From Candidatus Heimdallarchaeota archaeon (GTDB lineage Archaea; Asgardarchaeota; Heimdallarchaeia; Hodarchaeales; Hodarchaeaceae): a stretch of 64,000 nucleotides of DNA. Below the pieces are notes generated by a model. The model worked only from the letters and a program-made list of their open reading frames with translations, did no database searches and was not told the DNA's origin. A program made the translations under genes and the position numbers. The stretch covers positions 1-64,000 of the forward strand of contig JBHLSH010000010.1 in the NCBI GenBank assembly GCA_048881705.1, given 5' to 3'. Positions 57,285 to 64,000 of this stretch are shown here, one piece after another. Each line of letters starts with the position of its first letter. Within the stretch, counting starts at the first letter, position 1.

Positions 57285-58058
57285 ATGGGCACCGAATTCC
57301 TTCCAGGGGCAGAACCACTTTTTTTAGAAGGATCATCTAATCAGGGTTGTTTATTACTCCATGGGGCAGGAGGGGGTTCTGCATGGGATTTAAAGGAATT
57401 TGCTTATTTTCTCCATAAAAAAGCAAAAATGGCAATTCGACTTCCCACTCTAAAGGGATTCGGGTCAAAATCGGAAGATTTAAGAGATGTTGTGTATCAA
57501 GATTGGCATCAACAGGCGGAAGATCAAGTAGCTGTACTCCAGGCTGGCTATGATGATGTATTTGTGGTAGGACATTCTTTTGGTGGAATTATTGCCCTTC
57601 TTCTTTCTGCAAACCATCCCAGGATTGCAGGATTAACGCTTTGGTCCACCCCTTTTGAAATTAAATCACGTCTATTCAAATTGCTACCCATCCTTGTTAA
57701 AATTCCCGGTACAAAGCGATTGTTCTCCTTTCACGTAAAAACTCCCGCTCCCGTGCATCTAAAAGGGCTGGGATGGATTGGGTACGAAAAAGTACCCGCC
57801 TCTCTTGGCTTGGTCATCCTTGAGGGATTTTCACGGTTAAAAAAGACTATTCATAAAGTGACATGCCCCACGCTTATTGTTCAAGGGGAAAATGATGAAT
57901 TAATCCAGGAAAAAAGCGCGGAGAGAATATTTCATGGAATTAGTTCCCATCGAAAAGATGTATGTATCCTAAATGGTGCCCGCCATCCTTTCATGTTTGA
58001 TCCTAACATAAAGAAACTGTTGTTTAGGAAGACTATTGATTTTCTTATGGCACATTGA
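57285..58058 (+). CDS. Carboxylesterase / monoacylglycerol lipase-like alpha/beta hydrolase
   Basis: GAEPLFL, LLLHG, VVGHSFGG, QGENDE, ARHP. Confidence 0.85.
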   Translation: MGTEFLPGAEPLFLEGSSNQGCLLLHGAGGGSAWDLKEFAYFLHKKAKMAIRLPTLKGFGSKSEDLRDVVYQDWHQQAEDQVAVLQAGYDDVFVVGHSFGGIIALLLSANHPRIAGLTLWSTPFEIKSRLFKLLPILVKIPGTKRLFSFHVKTPAPVHLKGLGWIGYEKVPASLGLVILEGFSRLKKTIHKVTCPTLIVQGENDELIQEKSAERIFHGISSHRKDVCILNGARHPFMFDPNIKKLLFRKTIDFLMAH

Positions 58059-58088
58059 CCGTACTGAACAAAAAACTCGACTTTCGAG

Positions 58089-59057
58089 TCAGGCGGTTTT
58101 GAATAAGCTTATTGCCTCCCTAGATGTATACATAGGTTGGAATCCCATCCTTTTAAGTTTCTCATTCGATGCAACGAAGGGAAACGCCACAAAATCAAGG
58201 TATCCGGGTGGTCCTCTGGAAATTCTAAGTTTCCATTGAATCCAGACAATAAAACGTAACAAGGATAAAGGAACCCTAAATCCAGTATTATTCATTAAGC
58301 TCGGAATTTCTCCCATTCTTACTCCACCATCATCATCGTTGGGCGTCAGATTAAATGCCCCTGACAATCGATCCCTTAACATGAGTCCGAATCCTTGAAG
58401 GGCATCTCTAATATGAAGGAATTGTATTTTGGTTTCCCCTCTCGGATACGGTTGAATGAACATTGTACGCCATCCCCCTTGAAGAATCTCTGCAAACCAA
58501 TTCCTTAAACCCGGTGACAAAATTGGTGCCGGTCTTAATCTTCCGATCTTGAAAGATCTATGTGGGTTATTGGCTTCAAAATTCTCGATTAGTTCTTCTG
58601 CAAGAGCCTTGTGGAGAGAGTAATGAAATGCTTTATTCCCCCGGAGTGGCATCTCCTCTGTTAAAATCGGCGGATTGTCTTGGTGGGCGCCGTATGCCAA
58701 TGTAGATGACGTGTGAAGAAGGTATTTTATGTTTGCCTCCATTGAGGAGTCTAAAACGGAATTCGTACCGCCGATGTCAACGGAATAAGCCCTAGTTAGA
58801 TCGTGATCTGGAGTAAGAGTCCAGGCTAAATGCACGACATCTGTTACAGAATGTTCCAATAAGATTTCGTGAAAGGGATTCCTGATATCATGTTTGTAAG
58901 TTATTAGGGGGAGATCCAAGGAGGAAGAAAATCGCTTAATATCAATGCCAATGAATTGGTCGATTTCTGGAACCGTTTCGTGTAAAAAGGGTATCAATTG
59001 GCTGCCAATAAACCCACTAATCCCAGTCACAGCAATTACGCGGCCCATCCAAAACAC
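58089..59057 (-). CDS. Extended SDR (NAD-dependent epimerase/dehydratase family)
   Basis: AVTGISGFIG, VVHLAW, HTSSTLAYG, YSLHK. Confidence 0.85.
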   Translation of the reverse strand: MFWMGRVIAVTGISGFIGSQLIPFLHETVPEIDQFIGIDIKRFSSSLDLPLITYKHDIRNPFHEILLEHSVTDVVHLAWTLTPDHDLTRAYSVDIGGTNSVLDSSMEANIKYLLHTSSTLAYGAHQDNPPILTEEMPLRGNKAFHYSLHKALAEELIENFEANNPHRSFKIGRLRPAPILSPGLRNWFAEILQGGWRTMFIQPYPRGETKIQFLHIRDALQGFGLMLRDRLSGAFNLTPNDDDGGVRMGEIPSLMNNTGFRVPLSLLRFIVWIQWKLRISRGPPGYLDFVAFPFVASNEKLKRMGFQPMYTSREAISLFKTA

Positions 59058-59594
59058 CTAATAACGATTATAGCTGACCAAACTCATTTTGTATTAGGAT
59101 TCTCGTTTTAGTGGGAGAAGGTCTTCCTGATAAAAATGGCTCTTTTAAAAGTTTAGATGAATTCCTACTAAAAGCTTCACCAAAGTCCGAACAAATCCTA
59201 CTGTTGAAGCTTCAAAATGGTGTGATTTTTCTCACTATTGTTGTTTGTCCATTAACACTGCCTGGAACTGCCACATTCGTCCTATTTACTATTTCAATTA
59301 TCCAAAATCACTTCCATTGACGGGACTTTAGTCCTCAATCCTCGCGTCCTTCATGACGTATCCTTCTGTCCAAAAGAATATTCGAGATAGAAATGATCTT
59401 CAGAATTCGTCATGGCTTATTAGCCCAGAAGTTATCTGTTGTCTCGCTAAGTAGAACCAAAATCTTGATAAAATGTTACTTTTGATTTAAGGCGGATTTT
59501 AATGACAGCAATAGCCGATAAACCTTTTTAGTAACCTAGTGGATCCTCAAATCCCAATATATTATAAACTGGCATGTCGAACAATTAAGTCATA

Positions 59595-60449
59595 ATGGAT
59601 CTGGTTGTGCTATTCAGTCAAATATCCTTGATGTTCATTCGCATGATTGGATTAGGGGTGGGTCTCGATTTCCTCTTGGTAAGAAGGAAAAAGAGATTCA
59701 ACGCACAGGTTTGGGGATGGTTGATTTATAGCTTTGCGAGTCTGTCGCAATTCCTGGCCCAATTTGCCTTTGAAAGTTACCTACTTCAAATCTTTCGCTT
59801 TCTATTCGGTGTTTCAACATTAATTGGATCATTCTTGATATCGGTTAGTATTATCGTATACTTTCATCCCATAGAACCCAAGAGTATCCTTTTTATGACT
59901 ATTTTACTGATAATACTACCTTTGGGGTCGCTAAGCTTGTTTGGTCTAGAAGAAAGCGTTACCTCCTCTATCCTTGGCAGCTTCTTGATCATTGCAGGTT
60001 TGTATATTGCTGGGATTATTAAAGGTACAGCCTTTAAGCAGGAGGTTGGTCAAAGCGTAAAATGGTTCTACTTGCTAATTGCTTCTGGGATTATCCAAAT
60101 GATCCTCTACATTTTCTTTATTGTCAATGGAATTGATATCAATCTAACTTCTCAGAATGAAGATCCTTTCGCTTTTGCGGTTATAAATTCCGTGGCAATG
60201 GCCATAACGGTATTAACGGTAATTTTACTTATACATTTAGAAAACAGTAGATCTAATCTTTACAGTTTTAAATTAAAGGATACGTATAGCCACAATCTAG
60301 CAAATCTTATTCAAGTTCTGGTTAGTGGTATGCATATAATCGAAAGCGAAACTGCGGCTGAAAGTGAGAAAGAAAAAACCATGGAACTATTAGAGAGGAA
60401 CTCTGAAGAGATTTTAAGGTTACTACAAGAAATACGAACTCTTGAGTAA
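59595..60449 (+). CDS. Seven-TM membrane protein ending in a HisKA-like helical stub (no HATPase domain)
   Basis: About seven hydrophobic segments, then DTYSHNLANLIQVL...; stop at 60449. Confidence 0.6.
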   Translation: MDLVVLFSQISLMFIRMIGLGVGLDFLLVRRKKRFNAQVWGWLIYSFASLSQFLAQFAFESYLLQIFRFLFGVSTLIGSFLISVSIIVYFHPIEPKSILFMTILLIILPLGSLSLFGLEESVTSSILGSFLIIAGLYIAGIIKGTAFKQEVGQSVKWFYLLIASGIIQMILYIFFIVNGIDINLTSQNEDPFAFAVINSVAMAITVLTVILLIHLENSRSNLYSFKLKDTYSHNLANLIQVLVSGMHIIESETAAESEKEKTMELLERNSEEILRLLQEIRTLE

Positions 60450-60562
60450 AGGGATCTTTTGGTCAGTTTGAATTCGCTATATTATTCTTAACCAACACCG
60501 AGGCGGGAATTAAAACTTTTAAGTCCGTAGATCGCCGTATATTTGTTCGAGGTAATATTTCG

Positions 60563-61156
60563 TTAACCGTGAGACAAAGCTTCTACGATAAACACTAGGA
60601 TTCCCGTAACAATCCCAGCAATGATCATTTTAAAGCCATAATTGGCGATATTTTCTCCTGAAATTCGTCCGAGGTACGCCCCAAGTATGAAGAGTGAAAC
60701 GGCCGTTAAAAAGATCGAAATGATATAAGATATTTGTATATCCCAAACTAGCAGAAGGCCTGCAATAAAAGGGAGAAATGAGATGCTTGCTGCCAAAAAA
60801 GGACTGATACCATCCACTGCAGCAACAAAAAGCGAGCTCCATGCCGCTGCCCGACTATGAACTGTATTCTCTAGTTCTTCTAACATTGCGGATTCAATTT
60901 CGGCCATTTCTTCCTTTTTAACGGCAGATTCCGTAAGAAACGCCCCAAAAGCGCCACTTACCCCCATTGCTATTGACGCTCCTAAGCCTGCTACTATTAC
61001 GACTCGAGCATCATTCACGGGCACCAACCAACCACCTAGTATGATTCCCAACGCTGTTAAGGAGCCATCGAAAGAATTCATAACCATATATCTCTTCGCA
61101 ATGCCCCCAGAACCTCCAAGTTTAAGAAGGTCACGGATTCGTTTGAATGATTGCAT
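60563..61156 (-). CDS. VIT1/CCC1-family metal transporter
   Basis: RYMVMNSFDGSLTALG, AMGVSGAFGAFLTE, VDGISP. Confidence 0.85.
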   Translation of the reverse strand: MQSFKRIRDLLKLGGSGGIAKRYMVMNSFDGSLTALGIILGGWLVPVNDARVVIVAGLGASIAMGVSGAFGAFLTESAVKKEEMAEIESAMLEELENTVHSRAAAWSSLFVAAVDGISPFLAASISFLPFIAGLLLVWDIQISYIISIFLTAVSLFILGAYLGRISGENIANYGFKMIIAGIVTGILVFIVEALSHG

Positions 61157-61378
61157 TATTAGTAAAAACCAAGTTACTTTATTTTCTGATTAGTTTAAAG
61201 CGCCCTACTCTCCCCTTTCTTAATAACATTTCCTTTACGCACCTGATTGTGTCTCTCGGTTTGTTTTCTATTAAGAAAAATATAATATAAGAAAAATGCA
61301 TTGATCTGATTGAGATAACGGGATGGCCCTTAAGATAGATACTGGTTTTAGAGAGCGGGGATTTAGCCATCTCATACC

Positions 61379-62608
61379 ATGACCCCAACCAATCTCATCA
61401 AATCAGCCCCCTCCTTCTTGGAAAGGCTCTTATGTACGAAATGTTCATACATGATCGAACCTATTAAGGTAAGAACAGTCTGTCCTAAATGTGGACATAT
61501 TCTCTTTGCCCAGTATGATTTAGAAAAGGCCAGAGACTCCCTTCAAAAGGGAACGATCTTCCAGAGAAGCTATAACATCTGGCGGTATCCCGAAGTGATG
61601 CCCGTTAAGGATCCTTCCTTTAGATTCACGCTTGGGGAAGGTTGGACGCCCTTGGTTTCATTATCCAAGAATTCCACATTTAGGCACGTTATGATAAAGG
61701 ATGAAGGCCAAAACCCTACTGGAACCTTCAAAGCTCGTGGTTTAGCGGCGGCGGTTTCAAAAGGATGTGAACTGGGGATTTCAAAATATACAATACCTAC
61801 CGCTGGAAACGCTGGTGCAGCGCTAGCAGCATACACGGGATGTTCAGGGACAGAAGCTCATATTTTCATGCCGAAAACCACCCCTTCCTTCATTCAGGAA
61901 GTGGCTAAATGTTTAGGGGGTTACGTTAATCTGGTGGAAGGGCTGATCGATGAGGCTGGAGTCGCAGTTCAGAGCGCAGTGAAGCAGTTCGGATGGTTTA
62001 ACATGGCTACATTTAAGGAACCATACCGAGTAGAAGGAAAAAAAACAATGGGGATGGAAATCTTGGAACAATTAGGATGGAATGTTCCCGATACGATCGT
62101 TTATCCCGTTGGAGGGGGTACGGGAATCGTGGGCATTTGGAAGGCCATAAATGAATTTAACGAATTAGGATATATCGATAGTTACCCTCGTATGGTGGCA
62201 GTTCAAGCTAAGGGATGCGCTCCCATCGTTAAAGCGTTTGAAAAGAGAAGTCCTACTTCTGGTTACTGGAAAGATCCTAAAACTTTAATTCCAGGATTAC
62301 GTGTGCCCAAGGCTTTTGCAGATTACCTGGTTCTATCTGTATTATACGAATCCAATGGAACAGCGATAGCAATTAGCGATGCATCAGTTCTTACTGCAAT
62401 GAAAACCCTAGCAAAGGACGAAGGTATCTTTCTCTCACCTGAAGGAGCTGCAACATTCGCAGCGCTGGAGGAACTGTTACAAAGGGGATTTTTGGATAAA
62501 TCCGAAACGATAGTATGTATGGGGACTGGATCAGGATTCATCTACCCCGATATCTGGAATCTTATAATGAATAGTAATAAAAATCACGCGGTAAACAATA
62601 GATCATAG
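61379..62608 (+). CDS. thrC: Threonine synthase-like PLP enzyme
   Basis: N-terminal CxxC/CxxC, TLGEGWTP, KDEGQNPTGTFKARG (PLP Lys), AGNAG, RVEGKKTM, SPEGAA. Confidence 0.8.
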   Translation: MTPTNLIKSAPSFLERLLCTKCSYMIEPIKVRTVCPKCGHILFAQYDLEKARDSLQKGTIFQRSYNIWRYPEVMPVKDPSFRFTLGEGWTPLVSLSKNSTFRHVMIKDEGQNPTGTFKARGLAAAVSKGCELGISKYTIPTAGNAGAALAAYTGCSGTEAHIFMPKTTPSFIQEVAKCLGGYVNLVEGLIDEAGVAVQSAVKQFGWFNMATFKEPYRVEGKKTMGMEILEQLGWNVPDTIVYPVGGGTGIVGIWKAINEFNELGYIDSYPRMVAVQAKGCAPIVKAFEKRSPTSGYWKDPKTLIPGLRVPKAFADYLVLSVLYESNGTAIAISDASVLTAMKTLAKDEGIFLSPEGAATFAALEELLQRGFLDKSETIVCMGTGSGFIYPDIWNLIMNSNKNHAVNNRS

Positions 62609-63864
62609 ATTAGAGGGCCGTACTTCTTTTCGGTATCTAGAATCGAAAGTTGAATAAGTTGGAGAGCGCTTTTCTTCCCTAACACCTTACTTATGATTCG
62701 AATAATATTGTCAAGGAAACTTAGGAATGCTTGTTGAAATAGAGGAGTAATAATCTCAGAACGGCTTTTCATGATAGATTTTAGCTTCTCAAAATGAAAA
62801 GAAACGGCATCGTGATCAACCAATTTGGCTACAGACAATGTCCGACCTTTTCTTCTTGCCTGTGATGCATCTTGTCTAAAAATCTCCTCAAACATGTCAT
62901 AACATACCGTATCCCCTACTGCCGCAGATAGTTTACGATGGAGGTTATTTAAAAACCCTTCAAATATTATTATTGTTAGATCAGAGTCGGAAAGAGGGGA
63001 AATGTAACCCTGTAACGATAGCCATCTCAGAAAATGAGGAACCTTCCTTTCATGTTCTAGTGTATCACCGAATTTGGCGGCGAGAGTAGAAATGGTGTTT
63101 CTACCATCTAGGGATTGTGTAAGCCTCACCCCCCACTCATCCCACATTTTGTTTATTGATTGGTACGCAGTACCTTGCTCAAGTAAGATTCCAGATAAAT
63201 AAGCCTCATCGATGATAAAAAGGTCCGTATCGCGGATTGATATATCCACTGGTTTGATGATTCCAAGCTGTTGAAACATGGCGGTTCTGCATAGAACATA
63301 AGGCTTTGGCCAGCGAATTTCTCTATAAACGTCATTGACTGACTTCTTTCCATCAAGAAACTCGTAAAGCTGCCCCCATTTCTGTGGTATCCGTAGCTTT
63401 AAGTTAAAGGTGGGGGGCTTCTCTGCTGATCTGAATACAACGTTTTCGTCTAATACGGCCAGCAAATATTTTTGTGTCAGGTTCATAAAATCAAGATAGT
63501 CTTCATGAACAATATGATGGGTCTTTCGAAGAGTTTCTAGATAGTTTTCTTCGAAGATATCAAGTATCGTACGAATCTTTTCCATCAGGATCATGCTTTC
63601 TTGATCGGCAACTAGAATGGCTTCAACCTCCTGACCCCTTTCAAACATAATCTTCTTACCTTCTCTCTCAATGACATTGAGTGTACCACTCTCTGAGGAA
63701 ATATTGTCTGTGATGGTGTCGGAAAAGGTCGATATAGCATGGACCAAGCCTCCCAAAAGCACAGAATCTGTTTTTGGGGCAAAGCTACTGAATTTAATAT
63801 CAAGAATCGTGAGTCCATGTAGACTTAGTAAGAAGTATATTGGCCTTGATCCACCGCTTACCAT
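62584..63864 (-). CDS. Longin plus tandem winged-helix protein (NPRL2/NPRL3-like architecture)
   Basis: LLGGLVHAISTFS longin; FLDGKKSVNDV...QQLGII and SLDGRNTISTLA...SLQGYI repeats. Confidence 0.6.
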   Translation of the reverse strand: MVSGGSRPIYFLLSLHGLTILDIKFSSFAPKTDSVLLGGLVHAISTFSDTITDNISSESGTLNVIEREGKKIMFERGQEVEAILVADQESMILMEKIRTILDIFEENYLETLRKTHHIVHEDYLDFMNLTQKYLLAVLDENVVFRSAEKPPTFNLKLRIPQKWGQLYEFLDGKKSVNDVYREIRWPKPYVLCRTAMFQQLGIIKPVDISIRDTDLFIIDEAYLSGILLEQGTAYQSINKMWDEWGVRLTQSLDGRNTISTLAAKFGDTLEHERKVPHFLRWLSLQGYISPLSDSDLTIIIFEGFLNNLHRKLSAAVGDTVCYDMFEEIFRQDASQARRKGRTLSVAKLVDHDAVSFHFEKLKSIMKSRSEIITPLFQQAFLSFLDNIIRIISKVLGKKSALQLIQLSILDTEKKYGPLIYDLLFTA

Positions 63865-63892
63865 TGATAAAATCCTCTCAAATTAAAGTTAG

Positions 63893-64000
63893 CTAAGTTA
63901 AAGTGGAGTCAGAAGATCCTCCTGCCTGGTTATGGAGTTCATCAAAGAATAAGGTAACTTTCCATAAACCAAAGAAGATTAGACCGAGGCCCAGGGAAAT
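63893..64000 (-). CDS. 3' end of a membrane-protein gene truncated by the window edge
   Basis: Open frame ISLGLGLIFFGLWKVTLFFDELHNQAGGSSDSTLT* with TAG at 63893-63895. Confidence 0.55.
   Translation of the reverse strand: MSLGLGLIFFGLWKVTLFFDELHNQAGGSSDSTLT

Noticed and set aside
59058-59594. 537-nt spacer with ORF 59111..59320
   Set aside because: No motifs; all frames are short; it sits between divergent genes and is adequately explained as promoter space.
1-64000. The many 60-180 aa ORFs in the track that lie antisense to or nested in larger genes (e.g. 41959..42495, 20262..20723, 17408..17833, 6615..7058, 4022..4330)
   Set aside because: They are shadows of well-supported genes, with no recognisable motifs of their own.
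1-64000. rRNA, tRNA, CRISPR arrays, IS elements, integrases
   Set aside because: No cloverleaf, repeat-spacer periodicity, terminal inverted repeats or transposase/recombinase motifs seen by eye; a tRNAscan-SE or CRISPR-finder run would be needed to be certain.

Overview
A gene-dense, AT-rich archaeal window. Archaeal PurP paralogues, archaeal/eukaryote-type PheRS, three longin-domain proteins (one DENN-like, one NPRL2-like), a V4R/Bet3-like protein and large TPR/solenoid proteins point to an Asgard archaeon, probably Heimdallarchaeia/Hodarchaeales-like. That assignment is inference; no search was run. Contents: (i) a ~17 kb minus-strand purine supercluster (purC-folD-purN-purE-purB-purF-purD-purM, two inserted genes, purSSL-purQ-purP2-purP-guaA) that mixes folate-dependent and formate/ATP-grasp enzymes and has no recognisable IMP cyclohydrolase; (ii) two large proteins in which different helical-repeat N-termini are fused to a closely related nitrilase-superfamily domain with an intact Glu-Lys-Cys triad (my strongest candidate for an undescribed sensor-effector system); (iii) lipid and acyl-CoA genes (split ACAD10/11-like pair, PlsC-like acyltransferase, HAD-ECH, thiolase, SCP2, esterases); (iv) pheST, an orphan DNA methyltransferase, an EndoV homologue that has lost its metal ligands, a 7TM protein with only a HisKA stub, and assorted housekeeping genes. 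I found no rRNA, tRNA, CRISPR array, transposase or integrase by eye. All product calls come from motif recognition in the translations.
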